Shown: positions 1 to 9,610 of the stretch, piece after piece | Position numbering within the stretch: position 1 is the first letter of the stretch | Layout of the letters: the number at the start of each line of letters is the position of its first letter | Origin: Nannocystis bainbridge | Lineage (GTDB): Bacteria > Myxococcota_A > Polyangia > Nannocystales > Nannocystaceae | Assembly: GCF_028368995.1 (NCBI RefSeq) | Contig: NZ_JAQNDL010000003.1 | Location: forward strand, 768,001-832,000 | Reading direction: 5' to 3' | DNA length: 64,000 bases | Made by a program: the position numbers and the translations under genes | Notes under the pieces: generated by a model | Databases searched by the model: none | What the model was told of the DNA's origin: nothing | Seen by the model: the letters and a program-made list of their open reading frames with translations, nothing else

Positions 1-16
1 GGGCGGTCAGAACGCG

Positions 17-616
17 GTGAAAGACGCGAATCTGTCGACAGCCGATCGGTCCGCGCAGCTCACTGCCGTCTTTCAGGTGTTCCTGAACAGCCAGCGCTAC
101 ACGCCGAAGAAGAACCTCGACTCGATGCTCCGCAGCGATCCGACGTGCGTCGGCGTCGAAGATCATCCCCTGATCGGCCGCGACAAGCGCCGCCTGCACG
201 TCCTCCAGCGCGAGCTGCAGCGCGCCTGTCTCACGGCCACGCTGCTCAACCTACCCGTCGCTCGGCGCGCGGGCTTCATCTTGATCGATGTGCTGGGGTT
301 CAGTGAGGGCGAGGTCGCCAAGATCTTGGACACGACCCCTTCCGCCGTTCACACGGGGGTCGGGCGAGCGAGGCGGGAGCTCACTTCGTATCTCGAGCCG
401 CGCTGCGAGCACATGGACCCCGCCAATCCCTGCCATTGCGAGACGCGCCTCGGCATCGCCCTCGAGCGGGGCTTCATCACCTGGCCCGACCGCGATGATC
501 TCGACGGCGACGTCCCGCTCGTCAGCCGCACGATCTGCCCCGACGCCGAGCGGCTGTACGCCAGGCTGCCGGGGCCCCTGCCTTCGCCCCGCAGCCCGGA
601 GACGACATGTCGCTGA
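17..616 (+). CDS. ECF-type RNA polymerase sigma factor with Cys-rich C-terminal extension (5' end possibly outside window)
   Basis: Region-4-like LPVARRAGFILIDVLGFSEGEVAKILDTTPSAVHTGVGRARREL, then C-x8-C-x-C (RCEHMDPANPCHC); overlaps the kinase start. Confidence 0.7.
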   Translation: MKDANLSTADRSAQLTAVFQVFLNSQRYTPKKNLDSMLRSDPTCVGVEDHPLIGRDKRRLHVLQRELQRACLTATLLNLPVARRAGFILIDVLGFSEGEVAKILDTTPSAVHTGVGRARRELTSYLEPRCEHMDPANPCHCETRLGIALERGFITWPDRDDLDGDVPLVSRTICPDAERLYARLPGPLPSPRSPETTCR

Positions 617-2004
617 AGAGCCCGCAGCAGGAGGGCCTCGTGTTCGGCCGCTTCAAGCCGGTGCGCCAGCTCGGCATCGGCGCGATGGCGGTGGTGCACC
701 TGGCGCACGACGTGCTGGGGCACCGTGATGTCGCGCTGAAGCGGATGCATCGCGTCGTGCCCGTGATGGTCGAGCGGTTCAAGCGGGAGTACCGCGCGCT
801 CGCCGGCATTCGTCACCTCGGGGTGCCGGCGATCTTCGACATCGGCGAGTCGGAGTCCGGCGAACCCTACTTCACGATGGAGGTCGTCACGGGCGAGACG
901 CTCGAGCTCCACATTCGACGCGGGCCGGTCGAGCCGGTCCGCGCGCTCACGCTGGCGATCGAGCTCGGGCGCGTCTTGATGGCGGTTCACGCGGCCGGCG
1001 TGGTCCATCGTGACGTGAAGCCCAGCAACGTGATCATCGAGCCGGGCGATCGCGTTCGCCTGCTCGACTTCGGGATCTGCTGCCTCACCGAGGACTACTA
1101 CCGGCAGCCGCACCTGCGGGGCGTCACGGCCGAGGCCGAACGCTGGCAAACGCTCGACGTACGCGGCCTCGGCAACGAGCACTACGTCGACCCGCAGCTC
1201 GCCACGGTCGGGACCTCGCCGCAGAACGACGTGTTCTCGGTCTGTGTCATCCTCTACGAGTTGGTCACGGGCCGACCGCTGTTCGACTCGGACGCGCGGC
1301 GCTTCGGAGAGATCGACGAGGCCGAGTTTCGGCCGGCGCTCGCGCCGCTGGTGACCGAGCTGCGGCGCGGCGTTGCTGAGCCGCTGTCCCGCCATCGCAG
1401 CATGGCGGAGCTGGTAAAGGCCCTGGAGGTCGTGCGCGGGCGGATCGTCGGTCCGCTCGCCGAACAGACGCGGGCCGCCACGCCCGCACCGCCTGCACCG
1501 CCGCGCGCCTGGGTGGCATCGCTGTTGTGTCTCGCCCTGGGCGGCCTGGGCGGGGCTGCGATCGGGCGCTTGGCGTCGCCGAGCGAGCGCGAGCCCTCGC
1601 CCGTGGCCGTCGTGTCCTCTCAGCCGACGACCTCACCCGCGCTCGACATCTCGACGCCGCCACCGTCGCCGCTCCCTGCATCGGCTGCGCCATCCCCCGC
1701 GAACCGCGAATCTCCGCCACCGACGACGGCGATCGTCGAGCCGGCTCGCAAGCCCGCAGCGAAGCTCCCGGAGACCTTCGAGGGTCGCATACGTCATGCC
1801 GAGGCGCGCGCGCGCCGATGCCTGATGAAGGCGAACGCGAAGCCTCGTCCCCTCGATGTGACCATCGCCGCCGACAAACCGCCGAGTGTGTGGGGCGCGG
1901 CGTCCGAATCGCCCGAGGCGCGGTGCATCCGCGAAGCTCTCGCCCACTTCAAGCTGACGGTCGTCCAGGGCCAGCGGCAGCACACCTTCTTCGAGGAGAC
2001 CTGA
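607..2004 (+). CDS. Ser/Thr protein kinase with TM helix and Pro-rich C-terminal region
   Basis: GIGAMAVV loop, VALK, HRDVKPSN, DFG; TM WVASLLCLALGGLGGAAIG. Confidence 0.9.
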   Translation: MSLKSPQQEGLVFGRFKPVRQLGIGAMAVVHLAHDVLGHRDVALKRMHRVVPVMVERFKREYRALAGIRHLGVPAIFDIGESESGEPYFTMEVVTGETLELHIRRGPVEPVRALTLAIELGRVLMAVHAAGVVHRDVKPSNVIIEPGDRVRLLDFGICCLTEDYYRQPHLRGVTAEAERWQTLDVRGLGNEHYVDPQLATVGTSPQNDVFSVCVILYELVTGRPLFDSDARRFGEIDEAEFRPALAPLVTELRRGVAEPLSRHRSMAELVKALEVVRGRIVGPLAEQTRAATPAPPAPPRAWVASLLCLALGGLGGAAIGRLASPSEREPSPVAVVSSQPTTSPALDISTPPPSPLPASAAPSPANRESPPPTTAIVEPARKPAAKLPETFEGRIRHAEARARRCLMKANAKPRPLDVTIAADKPPSVWGAASESPEARCIREALAHFKLTVVQGQRQHTFFEET

Positions 2005-2006
2005 GC

Positions 2007-2822
2007 ATGCTCGTCCATCTTCTGCTCGCCGTAAGCCTGCTCGCACCACCGTCGAAGGGCTCACCGCCGTCCAAGGCGGCCGCCCAGAAGGCGTTCAACG
2101 ACGGCAATTGGCAAGCTGCGCTCGACCTGTACCTCGCGCTCGCCGAGGCCCCCGGCGTGCACCCGCCGAACGCCCTTGTCGGCGCGCATGACAGCCTCCG
2201 CGCGCTCCACGATGCAGCGCCGAGCGACGCGCACATCTGCCGCGCGCTGGCCCTCGCGCGTGAGGTCCTCCACCGCGACGACCTGTCCGACGACGAGCGG
2301 GCCTACTGGGCCGAGCTCGCGGCCGATGACGCGGCGAGAGCGGGTGCAGGGTGTGCCGGCGAGGGGTCGCCGAGCGAACCCATCGAGGTCGACGAAGCCC
2401 CCACCACAACGCCTGCGCAGGCACAGACACCCGAGGGACCAGTGTCGGCACTGGCGACGCGAGCCCCCGAGCCGCGACGCCCGACCGCCCGCGTCGTCAC
2501 CGGCTCTCTCCTCTCTATCGTCGGCGCGAGCCTCGTGGGCGGGACCATCGGCGTCCTCGTGCGGCGAGATCGTACGGACGAGAAGATCGCCGCGATCACG
2601 ACGACCTTGCTCGCCGAGAACCGAGGGCCGACCTCAGCCGAATCGGAAGTCGCCTCAGCAGCTCGTGCATCCTTTAAAGAGGATCGAACAACCGCGTGGG
2701 CGCTCGGGATCATCGGGAGTGTAAGCCTGCTTACAGGTTTGACGCTCGCGCTGATTCCGGCACGCCCATCATCATCTGCGCGACTCCGCGCCAACGCGGC
2801 AGGAATCGTGTATTCCTTCTAA
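2007..2822 (+). CDS. Exported helical (TPR-like) protein with two C-terminal TM segments
   Basis: ATG at 2007 just after the kinase stop; signal-like MLVHLLLAVSLLA; AQKAFNDGNWQAALDLY; two hydrophobic segments. Confidence 0.65.
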   Translation: MLVHLLLAVSLLAPPSKGSPPSKAAAQKAFNDGNWQAALDLYLALAEAPGVHPPNALVGAHDSLRALHDAAPSDAHICRALALAREVLHRDDLSDDERAYWAELAADDAARAGAGCAGEGSPSEPIEVDEAPTTTPAQAQTPEGPVSALATRAPEPRRPTARVVTGSLLSIVGASLVGGTIGVLVRRDRTDEKIAAITTTLLAENRGPTSAESEVASAARASFKEDRTTAWALGIIGSVSLLTGLTLALIPARPSSSARLRANAAGIVYSF

Positions 2823-2831
2823 GAGAAGAGG

Positions 2832-4511
2832 TTGTCCGTGAACTGTCGACCCCGTCTGGCCATTATTTTTGTCGCGCTCGCGCTCGTAGCATGCGCCCTG
2901 GAGCCGCCGTCGTACGCGGCCTACACCGCGGCGGTCGACCTCCTGACCGAAGAGACAGGTGGGAGTACTTCGACGACGACGATCGCGACCGACTCCACCG
3001 CGAGCATGACCTCCGGCCTCACGACTTCCGAGGCGCCTCCCGCGACGACCGAGATCGGCACCGAGAGCGGCAGCGACACAGGGACGACCAGCGGCGACGC
3101 TCAACCCCTCCCCCTCGATGTCGAGCTGTTCTTGAACCCGTCGTCGGTGAGTACCGTCGGCGAGGTGAAGATCGACGTGTGGACGTCGCGGCCGGTGGCG
3201 ACGATCGACATCTTCGACGGCGACAAGCCGATCGTGCTCGGAGCGGCCCCCAAGGCGCCGGTCACCATGCTCGAGGTGACTTCCGACCAGATCCCCGGTG
3301 ATGGCATTCGCAAGATCCGCGCCGTCGGCCACACCGAGGACGGCGTGAGCGACCAGGCGGAGAAGGACCTGCTCATCGACGTTGCGCCGGGAGGAACCGA
3401 CGTGTGGCCGCCCTACGTGCACGCCGGATCGATCAGCGGCTTCACCGGCGTGGTGCTGCTCGACAACCAGTCGATCGCGGCGTGCGGCTTCCTCGAGACG
3501 AAGGAGGGTCTCGTGGCGATCGTGGTCCAGCTCGACGGTGCGACAGGCAAGGTCGAGAAAGGACCGATCTCCCTCGGCAAGGTCGCGTTCGCGGCCGCAG
3601 GCAGCGGGCCGGCGATCGCCCGCGGGGACGACGGCGCCGTCTACGTGGCCTCGACGCGCGCGGGCTCGACGTGGGCCGTGTCCAAGGTGCGGACCGGCGA
3701 TCCGCTGCCGCTGGTGTGGACGGCGACGGGTGAGCTGAAGACCAAGGCCTTCGGCATCGAGTTCGCGGGCGACCGCGTGATCGTCGTCGGGGCCATCGAG
3801 ATCGCTCCCGGCACCCATGACCTCAAGGTCTGGTGGCTCGCGGCCCACGACGGCGAATTGCTCGACGAGAGGACCTTCGCCATGGCTGCGCAAGATGACA
3901 AGATCAACGCGTACGACGAACTCGCTCGCGCGGCGGCGATCGTCGACGGAGAACTGGTCGTGGTCGGCGAACGCGAGATCCAGGGGAAGTTCAACTGGCT
4001 CTACCGTCGCACGGTCGTGCTGCGTTTCTCTCTCGACAACGAGTTGCTCGACGAGTGGACCTCCCCCGGTGAACTGCTGGAGGAGGACGCTGGGATGGCC
4101 GTGACGCCGCTACGCGACGGAGGCTTCGCCGTCACGGGCTGGGGCCGAAACCTGAACACCATCCGCCAGGTGCAGACGCGGTGGTTCTCTCCCGTCGGTG
4201 AGGCTGGTCCGGTACGGACCGAGGCCACGCCAGGGAGCGACGCGATCGCCTACGCGATCGGCGAGGACCGCGAAGGCAAGCTCGTCCTCGCGGGCTCGCG
4301 CACCACGCCGGCGACGGACGCGGATGCGTGGATCTTCGCCATCCCGGGCCCGCTCGGTGCTCACACGTGGGATGTCATCCGCAGCGGGCCAGGCAAGGGG
4401 CCCGACGAGGCCGCGGACCTCGCCATCGGTCCGTGGGGCCACGTGTCCGTCGTCGGCGGCGAGTTCGCCGACCTGCAGCCACGAGCCTTTGCCATGCGCC
4501 TCTACCCCTGA
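2832..4511 (+). CDS. Lipoprotein with Thr-rich linker and probable beta-propeller
   Basis: Lipobox-like LALVAC; Ser/Thr linker; repeated blade-like motifs (AYAIGEDREGKLVLAG, AADLAIGPWGHVSVVG). Confidence 0.7.
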   Translation: MSVNCRPRLAIIFVALALVACALEPPSYAAYTAAVDLLTEETGGSTSTTTIATDSTASMTSGLTTSEAPPATTEIGTESGSDTGTTSGDAQPLPLDVELFLNPSSVSTVGEVKIDVWTSRPVATIDIFDGDKPIVLGAAPKAPVTMLEVTSDQIPGDGIRKIRAVGHTEDGVSDQAEKDLLIDVAPGGTDVWPPYVHAGSISGFTGVVLLDNQSIAACGFLETKEGLVAIVVQLDGATGKVEKGPISLGKVAFAAAGSGPAIARGDDGAVYVASTRAGSTWAVSKVRTGDPLPLVWTATGELKTKAFGIEFAGDRVIVVGAIEIAPGTHDLKVWWLAAHDGELLDERTFAMAAQDDKINAYDELARAAAIVDGELVVVGEREIQGKFNWLYRRTVVLRFSLDNELLDEWTSPGELLEEDAGMAVTPLRDGGFAVTGWGRNLNTIRQVQTRWFSPVGEAGPVRTEATPGSDAIAYAIGEDREGKLVLAGSRTTPATDADAWIFAIPGPLGAHTWDVIRSGPGKGPDEAADLAIGPWGHVSVVGGEFADLQPRAFAMRLYP

Positions 4512-4532
4512 CCGCTGTGCTCTCGCGGCTGG

Positions 4533-4560
4533 CGGGTCCTCTCTGCGACTCGAGGACCCG
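4533..4560. terminator. Inverted repeat between convergent genes, putative bidirectional terminator
   Basis: CGGGTCCTC-N10-GAGGACCCG perfect 9-bp stem; no U tract. Confidence 0.45.
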
Positions 4561-4570
4561 TGTGCACGAC

Positions 4571-5659
4571 TCACTGCGGGACGAACACGTCGCACTGGGT
4601 CTTGATCTTCGCCGCGGCCTCCGCGAAGTAGCCCGCGTAGCCCTGCTCGTTGCATATCGAGCCGAACACCGAGTGAGGCAGCAGCTCGGTCCAGTTCCGG
4701 AGTTCGTGGAAACCGGGGGGAATCCCCGCGTAGCCGCACAGTCCGTCCGGGTCGTCGATGTCGTTCGTGATGACGAGCAGCACCACCGCATCCGCGTCGC
4801 CCCCCTTGGCATCGACCAGCGCGTTTGCCCAGTCCTGCGCCGTGCCTTCACTGTTCTCGTCCGCCGTGTCCTGGACGACCACGACGACGAGCAGGGCATC
4901 ATCGCGGAGGAATCCCGCGTTGCAGCTACCCACGCTGTTGAGCTCGCTCGCCACGGCTTTCACCGTGACCTCGGCGACGTTGGCTGCGCCGTCGATGCCC
5001 ACCGAGGCGATGCAGGTGAACGCGTCTTCGAGTTCGGGCTGGCCGGACGTGATGTAGCGACGGCCGCTGGCGAGGTCGCACCGCTTGTTGCTCGCGTGCT
5101 CGCCGATCGGATACGTGACGCCCGCGCCGCGGATCTCGTCACATGGCTCGTGCTCGACCCCGCAGGGGTACTTGGGCACCTCGGGGCAGAAGTCCTCGCA
5201 GTTGGCGCAGAGGATGGGATGGCCCCACAGCGGGGACGTGTTCGCCGACAGGATGTGGTAGTCGAAGTCCGCGAACTCGCCCTCGAGCGTGCCGATGAAG
5301 CCCGGGAAGCTCGACTTCAACCAGCCCTGCGCGTCCTCCATCGTCCAGTCGGAGCTGATCGTGAACATGAAGTCGATCTTGCCCTTGCAGCCCGCCGGCG
5401 GCTTGTCGCCCCCGTCGGGCGGCACACCTCCGTCCGGGATGCCGCCCGCGGAGCTGTCGGAGTTGCCGGTCGAGCTCGCCGCAGCCGAGTCCTCACCCGA
5501 AGTGCTCGACCCGCCCGTCGTCGAGGTCGACGTGGTCTCGGCGCCGGTGGAAGTCGTCGCCGGCGGCGCCGTCGTGATGCTCGTGCTGAACCCCGAGTTC
5601 TGCCCGTCGCCGTTGTTGCAGGCGAAGACGGCGGCGGCAGCGAGCACGAGACGGCGCAT
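4571..5659 (-). CDS. Myxobacterial lipoprotein with vWA-like domain
   Basis: MRRLVLAAAAVFAC lipobox; Thr/Ser linker; CKGKIDFMFTISSDWTM and FLRDDALLVVVVVQD resemble the IDNSGSM/FLRDDA family. Confidence 0.7.
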   Translation of the reverse strand: MRRLVLAAAAVFACNNGDGQNSGFSTSITTAPPATTSTGAETTSTSTTGGSSTSGEDSAAASSTGNSDSSAGGIPDGGVPPDGGDKPPAGCKGKIDFMFTISSDWTMEDAQGWLKSSFPGFIGTLEGEFADFDYHILSANTSPLWGHPILCANCEDFCPEVPKYPCGVEHEPCDEIRGAGVTYPIGEHASNKRCDLASGRRYITSGQPELEDAFTCIASVGIDGAANVAEVTVKAVASELNSVGSCNAGFLRDDALLVVVVVQDTADENSEGTAQDWANALVDAKGGDADAVVLLVITNDIDDPDGLCGYAGIPPGFHELRNWTELLPHSVFGSICNEQGYAGYFAEAAAKIKTQCDVFVPQ

Positions 5660-5937
5660 GACCTCCGCAGCGTAGCGCGGCCAACGCGCGAAGTCGAGAG
5701 CGTGAGCGCGGGCGCAACTCCCTCCTGGGTGGGGTTGGCCGCTTCGCCGCCCGCAGCAGGGTGAAGTTGGCGTCGAGCGTGCGATTCGGGCCAGGATGCT
5801 CGCGGTCGCGCCGCATGGACCGGGCCTACCAATGGCCAACCACCCGGGGCGATTGCGACACCGGTGCAGGCCCCGCCTGCTTCCAGGATTGCTTGACCTG
5901 CTCCACCATGAGTGGCTTGGTCGATGGACCAACCGCG

Positions 5938-6459
5938 ATGCCCGGAACCTCAGAGCGAGACGATATCCTGGAACGCTGCGATCACGAGGCCGGTCACTTC
6001 GTAGTCGGAGTCGTGCTCGCGCAACGTCATGCAGACTTCAAGTTTATTCCCAGGTACGTGAGTGTGCTTTCTCGGGTTGGATCAGGGGGGCGTGTTGCGT
6101 TTATGTATGCAGAAGAACCACCGATTTTGCAGCACGCGTTGATGTGCTACGCCGGAGCCCATGCTCAGGTCCTCTGCGCACTGATGCGGCATCATTCGAA
6201 ATCGAATACCCGGCCGAGTCAGGCTGATGTCGAAGCGCAATTGAAGAGAGCTCTACCTCATGCCGGTGCGGATCTTGAACTGGCAGAAGCTCATAGCAAA
6301 TTCGAGACCCTCGACCAGGTGGACGGGTCAGTGAACTCGGGTTCGGGTCAGAGAAATCGTGGGAGCGATGGACATCATTGTTGTGCATGGCTCCTTCTGC
6401 GCCGGACTCGCAGCCGACGAGGCTGGGGATCGCTCTTGCTGCAGGCCGCGCCTCTCTGA
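5938..6459 (+). CDS. HExxH protein (M41/M50-like motif), probably truncated
   Basis: HEAGHFVVG then YAGAHAQ; visibly lower GC; C-terminus looks non-native. Confidence 0.45.
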   Translation: MPGTSERDDILERCDHEAGHFVVGVVLAQRHADFKFIPRYVSVLSRVGSGGRVAFMYAEEPPILQHALMCYAGAHAQVLCALMRHHSKSNTRPSQADVEAQLKRALPHAGADLELAEAHSKFETLDQVDGSVNSGSGQRNRGSDGHHCCAWLLLRRTRSRRGWGSLLLQAAPL

Positions 6460-6475
6460 CACACGGCCTCATGGT

Positions 6476-6853
6476 TCAGCGGTAGCGACGGAACTCGGCC
6501 ATCAGCCGCTCCAACAGGACCGGCTTGCGAAGAACCGCGTCAGCCCCCATCCCTGCCACCAAGTCCGCATCCCTGTCCACCGAGCCCGACATGATGATCA
6601 CCGGGATGGGGGCCATCGTCGGCTCTGATAGTTGCGCAGCCCGAAACTCCCATCCGCTCATGAGCGGCATCCTGAGATCCAGGAGAATGACCAGCGGTGC
6701 TCCAGCCCCCCCCGGCATCAAATCGGCGCGCAGTTGCGCGAGGGCCTCGATACCGTTCGCCGCCGTGGCGACCTTGAACCCTTGGAATTGCAAGAGCCGG
6801 CCAAGGAGCTCGCGCACGTCGGGATCGTCCTCCACGACCAAGATCCGCCGCAT
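6476..6853 (-). CDS. Single-domain response regulator (CheY-like receiver)
   Basis: ILVVEDD, LLDLRMPLMSG, IIMSG, LRKP. Confidence 0.9.
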   Translation of the reverse strand: MRRILVVEDDPDVRELLGRLLQFQGFKVATAANGIEALAQLRADLMPGGAGAPLVILLDLRMPLMSGWEFRAAQLSEPTMAPIPVIIMSGSVDRDADLVAGMGADAVLRKPVLLERLMAEFRRYR

Positions 6854-7219
6854 GGCCTGAGCATCGCAGGGCGTAGAACCTCGCGCAACATAGTACACAC
6901 GATGTTTGGCGAAGCGGCCTCAACAGAATCCGACGGCGAGTGTCGTGGTGCGCCCCACCGCGACCACGCCCGTTCGTTCGAGCGCGGGCGTCGCGCGCAT
7001 ACGTCCTCTGCTCGCCGCATGCCGCGACCGCTCGAGGCTGCGCGGCCAGAGGGCGGCGCGTCGCTCGGGAGCTGCGTGACCACGCACGCGGACGTATCGG
7101 AAATTCCCTGGCTGACGAGCAGGCCGAGCTCCCGACGCCGTTCGGCGGAGCGTCCGGCGAGCGTGTCACCCTCCCTCGTGGCCCTTCTCTTGCCCAGGCG
7201 CAAGTTCACTCGGGCGCGG

Positions 7220-8275
7220 TCAACAGATGCGTGGGAGCTGCTCCCCCGCGAGCAGGTCGAGCGTGTGGCTGCCGCCGAGGCCGGTCTTCAAGACCACCAC
7301 GCGCGGATGAGCTTCGACCACCTGGCCGATGCGCGCGGCGCCTGACCCGAGCGTCGCAAGCGCTCGCTCCACGGACGCTGCCGGGACCATCAGCGTCATT
7401 CGACCCTCACAGGCCACGTGGAGCGGATCGAGGCCGAGCAACTCGCACGCGCCGCGCACGGGCTCGCTGACGGGGATCGCCGGCTCGTCGAGGAGCACGC
7501 CGACATTCGCGTCCATGGCGATCTCGTTCAGCGCCGCGGCCAGCCCGCCGCGGGTGAGGTCGCGGAGACAGTGCAGCGTCACGCCCGCGGCGAGCAAGGC
7601 GGCCACGCAGCTCGCCAGCGCCGCGCAGTCGCTCTCGATCGGGGACGCGAACGCGAGCCCCTCGCGGACCGACAGCACCGCGATCCCGTGCCGCCCGAGA
7701 TCGCCGCTCACGAGCACCGCATCTCCGGGCTGCACGCGGTGAGGTCCGATGTCGACGCCCGGAGGGACGAGCCCGACCCCCGTGGTGGTGATGAACACGC
7801 CGTCCCCCTTGCCGCGATCGACGACCTTCGTATCCCCTGTCACGATCGCCACGCCCGCCTCGGTGGCGGCGTCACGCATCGATTCGACGATGCGCCGGAG
7901 CGCTGCGAGCGCGAGGCCCTCCTCGAGGATGAACGCCGCCGTGAGATGGAGGGGCCGGGCTCCCGCCATCGCCAGGTCGTTGACCGTGCCGAAGACCGCG
8001 AGGCGACCGATGTCGCCGCCCGGAAAGAAGAGAGGCTTGACCACGTAGCTATCGGTCGTCAGCGCGACCCGCCCTCGGGAAGTGACGTCGGGGACGACAT
8101 CGACGACAGCGCTGTCGTGACGCGCGAGCAGCGTCGGATTGGCGAAGGCCGGCAAGAACACGCCCTCGATGAGCTGGCGCATGCGTCGTCCGCCGCCGCC
8201 GTGGGCCAACTGCACCGTGGACGGCGGGTGCTGCGTCGGGCAGGCGGAGGCCAGCCTTTCCCGGTCAGACGACAT
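7220..8275 (-). CDS. hypE: Hydrogenase maturation carbamoyl dehydratase HypE
   Basis: [33 protein letters not shown]-terminal QLPRIC. Confidence 0.97.
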   Translation of the reverse strand: MSSDRERLASACPTQHPPSTVQLAHGGGGRRMRQLIEGVFLPAFANPTLLARHDSAVVDVVPDVTSRGRVALTTDSYVVKPLFFPGGDIGRLAVFGTVNDLAMAGARPLHLTAAFILEEGLALAALRRIVESMRDAATEAGVAIVTGDTKVVDRGKGDGVFITTTGVGLVPPGVDIGPHRVQPGDAVLVSGDLGRHGIAVLSVREGLAFASPIESDCAALASCVAALLAAGVTLHCLRDLTRGGLAAALNEIAMDANVGVLLDEPAIPVSEPVRGACELLGLDPLHVACEGRMTLMVPAASVERALATLGSGAARIGQVVEAHPRVVVLKTGLGGSHTLDLLAGEQLPRIC

Positions 8276-9368
8276 CGCGCGCGCTCCGAGGTCGGTACCG
8301 GAAGTAGGCCGCGCAGGCGCCCTCGGCCGACACCATGGTCGCACCTACCGGTGAATCCGGCGTGCAACGTGTGCCGAACGCCGGGCAGTCGGTGGGCCTC
8401 TTGCGGCCCTGAAGCACGAGCCCGCTGATGCACTCTGCCGGCTCCGCGGCGGCGCCAGCCGACATGCCGAACCGCAGCGTGGCGTCGAACGCGGCGAACG
8501 AGGGCCGAAGCGCCAGCCCGCTCGCCGGGAGCTCGCCCAGGCCGCGCCAGCGACGAGGCACGACCTCGAAGACTTCGTGCAACAGACGCCGCGCCGCCTC
8601 GTTCCCGCGCGGGCCGACCGCACGCTCGTACTGGTTGGTGACCACGGCGCGCCCCTCCTCGAGCTGGCGCAGGCACATGTGGATCCCCTGCAAGAGGTCG
8701 AGCGGCTCGAAGCCGGTCACGACGATCGGCACGCCGTAATCGCGGGCCAACCGCTCGTACTCGTCGGTACCCATGATCGTGCAGACGTGGCCCGCGGCGA
8801 GGAACCCGTCGACGCGCCGATCGGAGGCGCTCAGGATCGCTGCGAGCGCGGGGGGGACGAGGACGTGCGAGACCAGGAGCGAGAAATTTCGCACCCGATC
8901 GATCCGGGCCCGGTGCGCGGCCATGGCGTGCGCAGGCGCGGTCGTCTCGAACCCCACGGCCAGGAACACGACCTCTCGCGCGGGGTTTTGCCGCGCCAGC
9001 GCGAGGGCGTCCAGCGCGGAGTAGACCACCCGCACGTCGCCGCCCTTCGCCTTGACGGTGAACAAGTCGCCGTCGGAGCCCGGCACGCGCAGCATGTCAC
9101 CGTAGGAACAAAACGTCACCTCGGGCCGACCCGCCAGCGCCAGCGCCTGATCGAGGATCTCGCACGGAGTCACGCACACTGGACATCCCGGACCGTGCAG
9201 CAGCGAGACCTCGGGCGGCAGCAGCTCCTCGATTCCGAAGCGAACGATCGCGTGGGTCTGCCCACCGCACACCTCCATGATCGACCACGGGCGCGTTACG
9301 ACGCGCCGGATGGCAGCGATGAAACGTCGCGCCTCCGCGCCGCTCCTGTACTCGTCGACGTATTTCAC
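8265..9368 (-). CDS. hypD: Hydrogenase maturation protein HypD
   Basis: [32 protein letters not shown]. Confidence 0.97.
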   Translation of the reverse strand: MKYVDEYRSGAEARRFIAAIRRVVTRPWSIMEVCGGQTHAIVRFGIEELLPPEVSLLHGPGCPVCVTPCEILDQALALAGRPEVTFCSYGDMLRVPGSDGDLFTVKAKGGDVRVVYSALDALALARQNPAREVVFLAVGFETTAPAHAMAAHRARIDRVRNFSLLVSHVLVPPALAAILSASDRRVDGFLAAGHVCTIMGTDEYERLARDYGVPIVVTGFEPLDLLQGIHMCLRQLEEGRAVVTNQYERAVGPRGNEAARRLLHEVFEVVPRRWRGLGELPASGLALRPSFAAFDATLRFGMSAGAAAEPAECISGLVLQGRKRPTDCPAFGTRCTPDSPVGATMVSAEGACAAYFRYRPRSARDVV

Positions 9369-9610
9369 GGGTGCGGCTCCTCGGGTAGGACCTCGCCGAG
9401 CGCGTCCAGGTACGCGAATACGCGTGCCGCAGCTGCTGCATCAATGAGGCCGATAGCGAACCCCGCGTGCACGATCACGAAGTCACCCTCGGCGGCTTCG
9501 GGGGCGTACACGAGGCTCACCTCCTTGACCACGCCGCCGAAGGAGACGCGCCCCATCCGCAGCTCGTCGCTGGCGATGCTCAACACTTCACCGGGTACTC
9601 CGAGACACAT
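9365..9610 (-). CDS. hypC: Hydrogenase chaperone HypC
   Basis: MCLGVPG N-terminus, VIVHAGFAI. Confidence 0.97.
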   Translation of the reverse strand: MCLGVPGEVLSIASDELRMGRVSFGGVVKEVSLVYAPEAAEGDFVIVHAGFAIGLIDAAAAARVFAYLDALGEVLPEEPHP

